64,000 bases of DNA from an uncultured virus (IMG/VR IMGVR_UViG_3300031689_000528) (Duplodnaviria; Heunggongvirae; Uroviricota; Caudoviricetes), in IMG/VR virus record IMGVR_UViG_3300031689_000528. One strand, written 5' to 3'. Numbering within the stretch: position 1 is the first letter of the stretch; each line of letters starts with the position of its first letter. The translations under genes and the position numbers were made by a program. Below the pieces are notes generated by a model. The model was not told where the DNA came from. It did no database searches and saw only the letters and a program-made list of their open reading frames with translations. Shown one piece after another: positions 28,241 to 37,350 of the stretch.

Positions 28241-28247
28241 CAATAAT

Positions 28248-28321
28248 GCGGATATAGTATAAAAGTATTATGAGAGATTTCCAATCTTTAGAACTAGGGG
28301 CAGTACCTGGTATCCGCTCCA
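28248..28321 (+). tRNA. tRNA-Gly(TCC) with non-canonical D- and T-loops
   Basis: GCGGATA/TATCCGC acceptor, AGAGA-TTTCCAA-TCTTT anticodon arm, U73, CCA; T-loop GGCAGTA; D-loop lacks GG. Confidence 0.85.
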
Positions 28322-28341
28322 TTAATAATGAAAAGGAGTGA

Positions 28342-29010
28342 ATGATAATGAATTTATCAACTAATACAATTGCGTTACTAAAAAACTTCAGTGATATTAA
28401 CATGAATATTTTAGTAAAGCCAGGAAATAAGTTACAAACTATTTCCAACATGAGAAATATATTAGCAGAAGCTGATATAGAAGAAAAATTTGATAGCGAG
28501 TTTGCTATCTATGATCTACCATTATTTTTAAGATCACTAGACTTGTTTCAAAGTCCAGAGGTTAAATTTACTGGCAAAGGTTACTGTCTTATCGTGGATA
28601 AGAAAACTAAAAAAGAAGTTAAGTATTACTTCTCTGATCCATCTACAGTATTTAAACCTAGTAAGATAAACATGCCAGATAATCATGTTACATTTACTTT
28701 GAAAAAAGATGACTTTGCTGAGTTACAAAAAGGTGTTACTACTTTAAACTTACCAGATGTTGCCGTTATAGGTGATGGTAAAAATATTAAACTAGTTGCA
28801 ACTGATAAGAAAAACAAATCATCTAACGAAGTATCTACAACAATTGGTGAATCAGACATTAAGTTTAATGCTTACTTTAAGTCAGAAAACTTTAAGATGA
28901 TACCAGATGATTATGATGTTGCAATATCTAAAGCTAAGATTTCAAGTTTTATTTCTAAAGCAAAACAAGTACAGTATTGGATTGCATTAGAACCTGATTC
29001 GGAGTTTTAA
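28342..29010 (+). CDS. gp45: sliding clamp
   Basis: LKNFSDIN, FAIYDL, YWIALE. Confidence 0.95.
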   Translation: MIMNLSTNTIALLKNFSDINMNILVKPGNKLQTISNMRNILAEADIEEKFDSEFAIYDLPLFLRSLDLFQSPEVKFTGKGYCLIVDKKTKKEVKYYFSDPSTVFKPSKINMPDNHVTFTLKKDDFAELQKGVTTLNLPDVAVIGDGKNIKLVATDKKNKSSNEVSTTIGESDIKFNAYFKSENFKMIPDDYDVAISKAKISSFISKAKQVQYWIALEPDSEF

Positions 29011-29376
29011 GTGGACGATCCATTTGTGAACTCTAATCTTCAAGTTGAAGAAGATCAAGATAGTACTGTTGAAAGTATTAAGCTTGAAACTAGAGAACAT
29101 CACCAATCTACACATTATATAAACAGAGAAATACCCTTAAAGGATATTATTGAGGAGTTTGGTACTATAACAATCTTTGAAAGAGGATTAGAACTAGCAA
29201 CCAAAATAACTTCTTCCGATGACCTTGACGCTGATATGAAATTATCAGATAGAGTTTCGGATTTTATCCAAGAGTATGACTTTGAAAGATATGTTGATGA
29301 GTGGACTACTAGAAAAGGTGGTTATGAAGTTGATGAGGAGATCGTTAAAAAGTTTTCTCTAACAAGTGATAGATAA
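29011..29376 (+). CDS. hypothetical acidic protein
   Basis: ORF between gp45 and gp44; GTG start. Confidence 0.6.
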   Translation: MDDPFVNSNLQVEEDQDSTVESIKLETREHHQSTHYINREIPLKDIIEEFGTITIFERGLELATKITSSDDLDADMKLSDRVSDFIQEYDFERYVDEWTTRKGGYEVDEEIVKKFSLTSDR

Positions 29377-29398
29377 TGAATAAATTGGAGTATATATT

Positions 29399-30343
29399 AT
29401 GGCAGATTTCTTATGGGTGGAACAATACCGTCCAAAGACTATTGAAGATTGTATCTTACCAGAAGATACAAAGAAAACATTTTTAGAATTTTTAGATAAA
29501 AAAGAATTACCTAATATGTTATTAACTGGTACTGCTGGTACCGGTAAGACAACTGTAGCACGTGCATTGTGTGAGCAGTTAAACCTAGATTATATCATAA
29601 TCAATGGTTCAGACGAGGGTCGTCAAATAGATACATTGAGGCATAAGATTAAGAACTTTGCCACTACAGTATCATTCAATACAGAATCAAAACACAAAGT
29701 TGTTATCATGGATGAGGCAGATTATATGAACGCTGAGTCTGTACAACCTGCATTAAGAGGTTTCATTGAAAGTTTTTATAACAACTGTAGATTTATATTC
29801 ACTTGCAACTATAAGAATAAGATAATACCTGCTTTACATAGTAGATGTACTGTTATTGATTTTAAAGTTACCAATGGTCAAGTAAAGAAAACGGCCATGT
29901 CTTTTATGAAACGTTTAGAAACTATTCTAAAAGAGCAAGAAGTTGAGTATGATAAGAACATCTTAGCTCAATTAATTGAAAAACACTACCCAGACTTCAG
30001 GAGAACTATTAACGAATTACAAAGGTATTCAGTACGTGGTAAGATTGATAGTGGTATACTATTCAATTTGAAAGAAACGGACTATAAAAACCTGATGTCC
30101 TATCTACATAAAAAAGAATTTGATAATATGCGTAAGTGGGTAATACAGCATTTAGATATGGATGCCACTGATTTATTCAGAGGTGTGTATGATCATTTAT
30201 CAATTAGTTTAGATCCTAAATCGGTACCTCAAGCAATACTTATTATTGCTGGTTACCAATACAAGGCTGCTTTTGTGGCAGACCATGAAATCAATGTAAT
30301 TGCTTGTTTGACCGAGATTATGGCAAATTGTAAGTTTAAATAA
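29399..30343 (+). CDS. gp44: clamp loader large subunit
   Basis: LWVEQYRP, GTAGTGKT, DEAD, LHSRC, PDFRR. Confidence 0.96.
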   Translation: MADFLWVEQYRPKTIEDCILPEDTKKTFLEFLDKKELPNMLLTGTAGTGKTTVARALCEQLNLDYIIINGSDEGRQIDTLRHKIKNFATTVSFNTESKHKVVIMDEADYMNAESVQPALRGFIESFYNNCRFIFTCNYKNKIIPALHSRCTVIDFKVTNGQVKKTAMSFMKRLETILKEQEVEYDKNILAQLIEKHYPDFRRTINELQRYSVRGKIDSGILFNLKETDYKNLMSYLHKKEFDNMRKWVIQHLDMDATDLFRGVYDHLSISLDPKSVPQAILIIAGYQYKAAFVADHEINVIACLTEIMANCKFK

Positions 30344-30350
30344 GTGAACG

Positions 30351-30358
30351 TATAAATA
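30351..30358 (+). promoter_or_regulatory. late promoter TATAAATA
   Basis: Exact consensus upstream of a mini-ORF and tRNA-Thr. Confidence 0.5.
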
Positions 30359-30414
30359 AGATAAAAAATGAATTATATCATTTATAATATTAAAGATAAA
30401 GAAAGAAAAGACAA

Positions 30415-30552
30415 GTGGCCAAGAGAACAATATTTAGGACAATTATAGTTAAAATGAGAATGTGGTATGCAGATATACGAGGACATCATGGAAAACGTTG
30501 GGATTATGAACCTGGCGATTGGTATATGGGCAGACATAACAAACGAAAGTAG
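30415..30552 (+). CDS. 45-aa basic/aromatic mini-protein (MAKRTIFRTIIVKMRMWYADIRGHHGKRWDYEPGDWYMGRHNKRK)
   Basis: Open frame from GTG to TAG filling the gap; not in the ORF track. Confidence 0.5.
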   Translation: MAKRTIFRTIIVKMRMWYADIRGHHGKRWDYEPGDWYMGRHNKRK

Positions 30553-30561
30553 AAAGGTTTC

Positions 30562-30637
30562 GCCCTTTTAGCTCAGCTGGTAGAGCAACTGATTTGTAAT
30601 CAGTAGGTCATCTGTTCGACTCGGATAAAGGGCACCA
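30562..30637 (+). tRNA. tRNA-Thr(TGT)
   Basis: Canonical 76-nt cloverleaf; ACTGA-TTTGTAA-TCAGT anticodon arm, TTCGA T-loop, CCA. Confidence 0.95.
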
Positions 30638-30647
30638 GAATTATATT

Positions 30648-31040
30648 ATGTACGAACTAAAAGATTATCTAAAAGCAATTAACGAGACCAAGGTCAATTT
30701 GTTGAATACAACAGATCAAGCCTGGACTAAAAAATACCCACCATTTATAATAAACAAGTGTTTATCTATGTTTTGGGATACACTTCCACATGCCAATGAA
30801 ATGAATGGTTATCACTTCTTGGACAAGGATATACAGTTTCAATTTTTACTAAATAGTGTTAGAACAAAGAAGCGGTTTGGAGGCAAGTGGATCAAAAAAC
30901 AAAAACTGCATGATTTGGAAGTTGTAAAAGAGTATTATGGTTACAGTAATGAAAAAGCGAGAACAGCCTTACAAGTACTTACACCAGAAAATATTATTAA
31001 AATTAAAGAAGCCTGTAACAAGGGCGGGAGAACTAAATGA
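30648..31040 (+). CDS. gp62: clamp loader small subunit
   Basis: YPPFIINKCLS, ANEMN, VKEYYGYSNEKA. Confidence 0.92.
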   Translation: MYELKDYLKAINETKVNLLNTTDQAWTKKYPPFIINKCLSMFWDTLPHANEMNGYHFLDKDIQFQFLLNSVRTKKRFGGKWIKKQKLHDLEVVKEYYGYSNEKARTALQVLTPENIIKIKEACNKGGRTK

Positions 31041-31483
31041 ATGAAGAAGTAACTTGGACACAAGAGAGTATGTTAGAGGTAACCTTGAAGCAACCAGACG
31101 ATTTCCTAAAGGTAAGAGAAACATTAACACGAATTGGTGTTGCAAGTAGAAAAGATAAAACTCTTTTCCAATCATGTCATATTTTACATAAGCAAGGTAA
31201 GTATTACATAGTACATTTTAAAGAGTTGTTTGCCCTAGATGGTAAAAAAGCAACCTTAATAAACAATGATATTCAACGTAGAAATACAATAGCCGTTCTA
31301 TTACAGGACTGGAATTTAATTGATATTGTTCTAAAAGAGACAGCAGTATCTAACAAAGCACCATTATCACAAATAAAAGTTTTACCGTTTAAAGAGAAAA
31401 AAGAGTGGATATTATCTGCTAAATATAACATAGGTAAAAAAATTGTTAAGGAAAATGGTCAAGATGAAAATACCAAAGTTTAG
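31037..31483 (+). CDS. regA: translational repressor RegA
   Basis: DDFLKVRETLTRIG, QSCHILHKQG, HFKELF. Confidence 0.96.
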   Translation: MNEEVTWTQESMLEVTLKQPDDFLKVRETLTRIGVASRKDKTLFQSCHILHKQGKYYIVHFKELFALDGKKATLINNDIQRRNTIAVLLQDWNLIDIVLKETAVSNKAPLSQIKVLPFKEKKEWILSAKYNIGKKIVKENGQDENTKV

Positions 31484-32933
31484 AGACTACATAACAGAGC
31501 AAGATAATAGTCGTGATGAAGACAATATCACGGTTGCTATTCTTACTATAAACGATTCAGATAAACCTAATAAGGATTCAACTGTTGAACTTATAGAAAA
31601 AGCATGTAAAAAGAAGAAGATAGAATGTATTATTGTAAATACTAAATCAGCAATTATCACAGACAAAGACGAAGAAAAGAATACCCTTACAGTTTATAAT
31701 TACGATGGTAAAGATGGTGAATACACCTTTACAGGTAGAGATACACTTTGTATAACAAGAGCAGGTGCAGTAGAAGACGAAGCTGGTCTTTCTTTAATAT
31801 CTGCCTTTCAAAACTCGTCAGCATTTATGGCTAACACAAGAGCTGCGATGTTAACTTGCGATAACAAACTTACGTCTGCTTTACTATTTGAAAAATTTGG
31901 TATACCTACACCTACAACATCTTTTATATCAAACGAAAAGAATATAAAAGCAGGACTAGATAAGGTTGGTGGTAAATTTCCTATAATCTTAAAGACATTA
32001 ACTGGTACACAAGGTATCGGTGTAATCAAAATAGAAAGTTATGAGGGTCTAGTTGCAACAGCACAAGCAATGTGGAAACTAGAGTCTGAACTTTTGATAC
32101 AAGAATTTATGCCTACGAAGTTTGACGTTAGAACTTTTGTGGTAGATAACAAAGTTATTGCATGTACAAAAAGAGTACATAGTAGTTATGACTTTAGATC
32201 AAATACACACAGAGGTGCTGAAGCAGAACCTTACATATTAAGTGAAGAAGAATATGAATTGGTTTTAAAAACTGCTAGAGTTTCAAAAGCATATATGGTA
32301 GGAGTTGATCACATAGTATTTAATAATAAACCATACATTTTAGAAATCAATGGTAGTCCAGGATCAGGTGCTGATTACGAGGGTTACCAATATAAAGATT
32401 ACTATTCAGTAGGCGAACCATCTGGAAGAATAGATGGTGAAAAAATGATGGAGTTTTTAGTTGATTATATTTCAGAAAGAAAACATTGGGATAGACAAGC
32501 ACTTTTAGAATGTGGTTGGCTTGAGACAGTTGAAATAGAGGGCATTGCTAAAGTTAGAGCTAAACTTGATAGTGGTAACGGATCAAAAGCATGTGCTTTA
32601 CATGCCGATAAAATTTTAGAAAAAGATGGTAAAATTGTAAAATGGAAATATGACGGTAAGATTTTTAGTAAACCTAAACATGGTGTAAGTAAAATCTTTA
32701 GAGCAAATGCTGAGGGTGAAGAACCATCTGAAATTAGACCTACAGTATTATTAGATATTACATTTAATGGTTTCACATATAAAGATATAGAAGTTGGATT
32801 AGATAGTAGACCTAGAGCTGCTTCAGACTTACTAGTTAATAGAGATTTAATGCGATTGATGAATGTCAGTATAAACCCTAATAGAACATTCGCCTTGAGC
32901 AAACGGTTAAAACCGATAGATAAAAAAGATTAG
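31464..32933 (+). CDS. RimK-like ATP-grasp ligase fused to a retropepsin-like (RimB-type) protease
   Basis: GTQGIGV, QEF, DVR, FRSNTHRG, GVD, LEINGSPG; C-terminal AKLDSGN...LLVNR. Confidence 0.85.
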   Translation: MKIPKFRDYITEQDNSRDEDNITVAILTINDSDKPNKDSTVELIEKACKKKKIECIIVNTKSAIITDKDEEKNTLTVYNYDGKDGEYTFTGRDTLCITRAGAVEDEAGLSLISAFQNSSAFMANTRAAMLTCDNKLTSALLFEKFGIPTPTTSFISNEKNIKAGLDKVGGKFPIILKTLTGTQGIGVIKIESYEGLVATAQAMWKLESELLIQEFMPTKFDVRTFVVDNKVIACTKRVHSSYDFRSNTHRGAEAEPYILSEEEYELVLKTARVSKAYMVGVDHIVFNNKPYILEINGSPGSGADYEGYQYKDYYSVGEPSGRIDGEKMMEFLVDYISERKHWDRQALLECGWLETVEIEGIAKVRAKLDSGNGSKACALHADKILEKDGKIVKWKYDGKIFSKPKHGVSKIFRANAEGEEPSEIRPTVLLDITFNGFTYKDIEVGLDSRPRAASDLLVNRDLMRLMNVSINPNRTFALSKRLKPIDKKD

Positions 32934-32944
32934 TCGTTGATAAG

Positions 32945-33156
32945 AAGACAATAACTATGCAGGACCTCGGTGCAATACCGAGCAACTCCACCATTAAACC
33001 AAAATTTATGGGGTTGAAATAGGATCGACTCGTAGGTAAAACTTCTAGGAGATTAATCGCTAACATCGTACTGTTAATTAAATGCTAACTCACAAGGTTT
33101 CGCATTAGCGGCTTAGTCCGCTAGGGGTTTGCCTGTACCTCGCAACAGAAACAGGC
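32945..33156 (+). ncRNA. ssrA: circularly permuted (two-piece) tmRNA; tag (A)ANSQGFALAA
   Basis: T-arm CTCGG-TGCAATA-CCGAG and CAACTCC-A-CCA end at 32993, before the 5' strand GGGGTTG at 33010 (G3:U70); tag ORF 33084-33116; outer ends approximate. Confidence 0.9.
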
Positions 33157-33158
33157 GC

Positions 33159-33187
33159 TTGACAAACCGCTAAATATATGATATATT
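33159..33187 (+). promoter_or_regulatory. sigma70-like promoter upstream of the ferredoxin/gp43 unit
   Basis: TTGACA-N17-TATATT. Confidence 0.7.
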
Positions 33188-33212
33188 ATAACAATAAACA
33201 AAAGGAAATATT

Positions 33213-33518
33213 ATGCAAGAAGTGAAAATATTAAGACTATCTACAGGCGAAGATGTAATTGCTAAGGTAGGAGAAAACGACCAAGGGGTAAGTTTAAAGA
33301 ACCCATTTGTAATCATACCACAACAAAAAGCACCAGGACAACCAATACAATTAATGATGTCTTTGTACAATGCGTTTGGTAAAAGCAATACTATTACAGT
33401 AGCTAAAGATAAAATAGTCTTTATAACAGACCCTAAAGACGAAATCTTAAAATCATACGAGAACAATACAAGCACTATCATTGCACCAAAGCCAGGACTA
33501 ATCACAGAGAATAAGTGA
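33213..33518 (+). CDS. conserved hypothetical protein (Sm-like fold candidate)
   Basis: VKILRLSTGEDVIA motif. Confidence 0.65.
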   Translation: MQEVKILRLSTGEDVIAKVGENDQGVSLKNPFVIIPQQKAPGQPIQLMMSLYNAFGKSNTITVAKDKIVFITDPKDEILKSYENNTSTIIAPKPGLITENK

Positions 33519-33847
33519 TAACTGTTAACTTTATCAGGACAAACAACGAAAAAGTCCAAGTTAAAGTACCTGTTGGTTGGACAGTAATGGAGGCGGCTAA
33601 AGAAGCATGTCTAGATGAAATTCCTGCCAGTTGTGGTGGTTGTTGTGCCTGTGGTACATGTCACGTGTACGTAGGCAATGCCTGGATTGCCAAACTAGGT
33701 GAAATAGATTATAATAGTACTGAACAATGTATGTTAGAATACGAAGCTTCATACAAGAAAGGCATAAGCAGATTGAGTTGTCAACTACCATTAACAGAGG
33801 AACTTGACGGCATAACTTTACATTTACTAGATGATGAACTTTTATAA
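33515..33847 (+). CDS. 2Fe-2S ferredoxin (adrenodoxin/ISC type)
   Basis: CGGCCACGTCHVY...SRLSCQ. Confidence 0.92.
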   Translation: MITVNFIRTNNEKVQVKVPVGWTVMEAAKEACLDEIPASCGGCCACGTCHVYVGNAWIAKLGEIDYNSTEQCMLEYEASYKKGISRLSCQLPLTEELDGITLHLLDDELL

Positions 33848-36329
33848 ATCAGTTATAGAACATAGAGGCAAACTTCTTGTAAGAGGTATACACGAAGGCC
33901 AAGACTATAAAGAAAAGATAGATTTTGGTCCTACTTTATATTCTCTAACACAAAAAGAAAGTAAGTTTAAAACTTTAGATAATAGAAATCTAAACCCAAT
34001 AAAATTCAAAGATATATCTGCCGCTAGACAATTCAGACGTGAAGTTGCAACTCAAAACTCTCCTGTATATGGCCTAGAACGTTATCACTATCAGTACATC
34101 AACGAACAATTTCCACAAAACATCAAGTGGGATAAAAAGTTTATTAAAATATTCACAATAGATATTGAGACTACAGTAACAGATGGTTTTCCAGATGTGG
34201 ATAACCCTACTGAAGAAATCATTTGTATTACAGTTAAGAATCAAACTAACAAACAAATATTAACGTGGGCTAAAGGTGACTATCACACAGATAGGACAGA
34301 TGTAACTTTCATTAAATGTAAAACAGAAAATCAACTCCTTATGGAGTTTATGAAATTCTGGTTAAAGAACTATCCAGATGTTGTTACAGGTTGGAATACT
34401 AAATTCTTTGATCTACCATACTTGATGAATAGAATTAAAATGGTTGCAGGTGAAAAGGTTGCAAACAAGATGTCGCCATGGGGACTTGTAGATAAAATTG
34501 AAGTCATGGTAAGAGGTAGACCACAAACCTCATATGTTTTAAAAGGTACCGTAATGTTAGACTATCTTGATTTATATAGATGGTTTATTCCTACTAGGCA
34601 AGAGAGTTATAAGCTAGACTTCATTGGTGAAGTAGAACTTGGTCAAAGAAAAAATGAAAACCCTTATCCAACCTTTAGAGAATTTTACGAGAAAGACTTT
34701 CAAAAGTTTGTTGATTATAACATACAAGATGTAGAACTTGTTGACGCTTTAGAAGATAAACTTGGTCTAATTGAATTAGCATTAACAGTTGCATATGAAT
34801 CTAAAGTAAACTATGATGATATATTTTCACAAGTAAGAGTGTGGGATACTTTGATTGCTAATCATCTATTGGCAAAAAACATATGTATACCACCAAGAGA
34901 AGAACATAGTAAAGATACAAAATATGAAGGCGCCTATGTAAAAGACCCTACAGTTGGTCAGCATAAGTGGGTATGTTCTTTTGATATTAACTCACTATAT
35001 CCTCATATCATTATTCAATACAATATTTCTCCTGAAAAGATAATAGGTCAAGATCCATCTGGTATTTCTGTAAACAAAATGTTGAAAAAAAGTTTAGACT
35101 TGTCACATTTAAAAAATGAAAATGCGTGTGTTACACCTAATGGTGCTAAGTTTAGAAACAATGGCCAAGGTTTCTTACCTGAAATGATGGAAACAATGTA
35201 CAATGAACGTGTCATTTATAAGAAAAGAATGATCGCCGCTAAAAAACAATATCAGAAAACACCAACACCAGAATTACAAAGAGAAATTGCAAGATGTCAT
35301 AACATTCAATGGGCAAGAAAGATTGCCTTGAACTCAGCTTACGGTGCAGTTGGCAACCAATACTTTAGATTCTATGATGTAAGACAAGCAGCTGCTATTA
35401 CAACAGCAGGTCAATTCATTATTAGATTCATTGAAGAAAAGGTTAACACTTATATGAATACTATTTTAAAATTAAAAGATGAAGACCATCAAGATTATAT
35501 CGTGGCTTCTGATACAGATTCAATCTATGTAACATTAGATAAGTTAGTAGAAAAAACATGTCAAGGTAAAGACAACGACCAGATATGTAACTTTATAGAC
35601 AAAGTTGTTAACAGTAGACTAGAACCTTTTATTGAAAAATGTTTTGATGAACTATCTGATTATACAAATGCATTTAAGAACTGTATGGTAATGAAACGAG
35701 AAGTAATTGCCAACAAAGGTATATGGGTTGCAAAGAAAAGATATATGTTAAACGTATTAGATGATGAGGGTGTAAGACTTTCTGAACCTAAATTAAAGAT
35801 CATGGGTATTGAGGCAGTTAAATCATCAACACCACAAGTTTGTAGAGGTAAGATTAAAGAAGCAATCAAAATCATTATGAATAAAGATGAAGATACTTTA
35901 CAGAAATTCATTGCAGAATTTAAAACAGAGTTTAATAGTTTGTCTGCTGAAGCAATATCTTTTCCTAGATCATGTAACAATATTAAAAAGTATAGAAACC
36001 CAGCAACCATATTCAGTAAAGGTACACCAATACATGTTAAAGGTTCTTTAATATACAATCAAAAACTACGAGAACTTAAATTACATAAACAATATCCTTT
36101 CATCAAAGAAGGAGATAAGATTAAATTCTTAAAATTAAAAGAAGCTAATCCATTTAGATTTGATGTGATAAGTTATATTACAACTTTACCTGTAGAGTTC
36201 AAACTACAAGAATATATAGATTACGAAACACAATTTGAAAAGACTTTCCTTGACCCTATGAGATTTATCTTACAGGCTATTGGTTGGTCGCAAGAAAAGA
36301 AAGCAAGTTTGGATGCATTTTTTAGTTAG
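33834..36329 (+). CDS. gp43: family B DNA polymerase
   Basis: DIET exonuclease motif, SFDINSLYP, KIALNSAYG, SDTDS, KKRY. Confidence 0.98.
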   Translation: MNFYKSVIEHRGKLLVRGIHEGQDYKEKIDFGPTLYSLTQKESKFKTLDNRNLNPIKFKDISAARQFRREVATQNSPVYGLERYHYQYINEQFPQNIKWDKKFIKIFTIDIETTVTDGFPDVDNPTEEIICITVKNQTNKQILTWAKGDYHTDRTDVTFIKCKTENQLLMEFMKFWLKNYPDVVTGWNTKFFDLPYLMNRIKMVAGEKVANKMSPWGLVDKIEVMVRGRPQTSYVLKGTVMLDYLDLYRWFIPTRQESYKLDFIGEVELGQRKNENPYPTFREFYEKDFQKFVDYNIQDVELVDALEDKLGLIELALTVAYESKVNYDDIFSQVRVWDTLIANHLLAKNICIPPREEHSKDTKYEGAYVKDPTVGQHKWVCSFDINSLYPHIIIQYNISPEKIIGQDPSGISVNKMLKKSLDLSHLKNENACVTPNGAKFRNNGQGFLPEMMETMYNERVIYKKRMIAAKKQYQKTPTPELQREIARCHNIQWARKIALNSAYGAVGNQYFRFYDVRQAAAITTAGQFIIRFIEEKVNTYMNTILKLKDEDHQDYIVASDTDSIYVTLDKLVEKTCQGKDNDQICNFIDKVVNSRLEPFIEKCFDELSDYTNAFKNCMVMKREVIANKGIWVAKKRYMLNVLDDEGVRLSEPKLKIMGIEAVKSSTPQVCRGKIKEAIKIIMNKDEDTLQKFIAEFKTEFNSLSAEAISFPRSCNNIKKYRNPATIFSKGTPIHVKGSLIYNQKLRELKLHKQYPFIKEGDKIKFLKLKEANPFRFDVISYITTLPVEFKLQEYIDYETQFEKTFLDPMRFILQAIGWSQEKKASLDAFFS

Positions 36330-36803
36330 ATGAAAAAATATATAGAAGACTTTTTTAAATGGGTTAAAGGTACTGAACTAGTTGAACTAGACGACATAGA
36401 TGTATCTGAGGATCCTGTTAGACCTGAACTAACTTTAGGTTTTAGAATTACACACGATAGAAAGATACTAGGATTAAAATACGAAGATAAGATTATAGCA
36501 GTTGTTTGTATTGCAGTTTGTCCTGAAGTACCACATACTGTTAGAGAAATGGATTATATGTCCAGAGTAAAAGACGGTAACATTGTTGTTGCATATACAG
36601 TATGGTCTCGTAAACGAGGTGCAGGTCAAGAGATTATTAATAAACTAGCCAAGTATGCAAAAGAAAAACAATATAAAAGACTAGTTACTTTATCTCCTCT
36701 AACACCAATGGCAACCCATTTTCACATTAAGAACGGTGCTAAACAAGTACATATAAATGATGTAACACAAAATTTTGAATATGATCTCAACAAAAAAATA
36801 TAA
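36330..36803 (+). CDS. putative GNAT-fold protein
   Basis: YTVWSRKRGAG (RxxGxG-like), VTLSP, FHIKNGA. Confidence 0.55.
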   Translation: MKKYIEDFFKWVKGTELVELDDIDVSEDPVRPELTLGFRITHDRKILGLKYEDKIIAVVCIAVCPEVPHTVREMDYMSRVKDGNIVVAYTVWSRKRGAGQEIINKLAKYAKEKQYKRLVTLSPLTPMATHFHIKNGAKQVHINDVTQNFEYDLNKKI

Positions 36804-37332
36804 CATAATCTATGCCGATCCTCCTTGGCATTTTCAGAATTATAATAATGAAACTGCTCAGACTAATCCAGATAAACATTATCCTACTATGACAATGAAA
36901 GATATAGAAAATTTACCAATAGGTGATCTTGCAGATACCGATTGTGTATTGTTTATGTGGTGTACAGACCCATTATTACACAAACAAATACCTCTAGTTG
37001 AGAAGTGGGGATTTACATACAAGACAGTAGGTTTCACATGGGCAAAAACAAATAAGACTAGAATAAAAAATTACTTCTTTAAAGGACCTGGATATTGGAC
37101 TAGGGCCAACACTGAAACATGTATCTTGGCAACAAAAGGTAAACCTAAAAGAGTTGGTAAAAACGTAGATAGATTAGTTGTGAGTGAACGTAGAGAACAC
37201 AGTAGAAAACCAGATAGAATACGAAGTGATATAGTTGAATTGTGTGGTGATTTACCAAGAATAGAATTATTTGCTAGAACTTCTATGCCTGGCTGGGACG
37301 TATGGGGAAACCAGGTTGACAAATTTAATTAA
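36781..37332 (+). CDS. MT-A70 family adenine methyltransferase
   Basis: IIYADPPW, WGFTYKT, REHSRKPD, IELFAR, WGNQ. Confidence 0.92.
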   Translation: MISTKKYNIIYADPPWHFQNYNNETAQTNPDKHYPTMTMKDIENLPIGDLADTDCVLFMWCTDPLLHKQIPLVEKWGFTYKTVGFTWAKTNKTRIKNYFFKGPGYWTRANTETCILATKGKPKRVGKNVDRLVVSERREHSRKPDRIRSDIVELCGDLPRIELFARTSMPGWDVWGNQVDKFN

Positions 37333-37344
37333 ACATGATATACT
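37316..37344 (+). promoter_or_regulatory. sigma70-like promoter
   Basis: TTGACA-N17-TATACT. Confidence 0.7.
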
Positions 37345-37350
37345 ATAACT

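Noticed and set aside
28200..28451. Minus-strand 83-aa ORF
   Set aside because: It is the antisense of tRNA-Gly(TCC) and the gp45 start
32878..33066. Minus-strand 62-aa ORF, or a stand-alone tRNA-Ala fragment/attP site
   Set aside because: Fully explained by the permuted tmRNA; no integrase in the window
33834..36329. Intein or intron in gp43 (gp17, gp41, gp46 and uvsW also checked)
   Set aside because: Lengths and motif spacing look normal; no splicing or homing-endonuclease motifs seen
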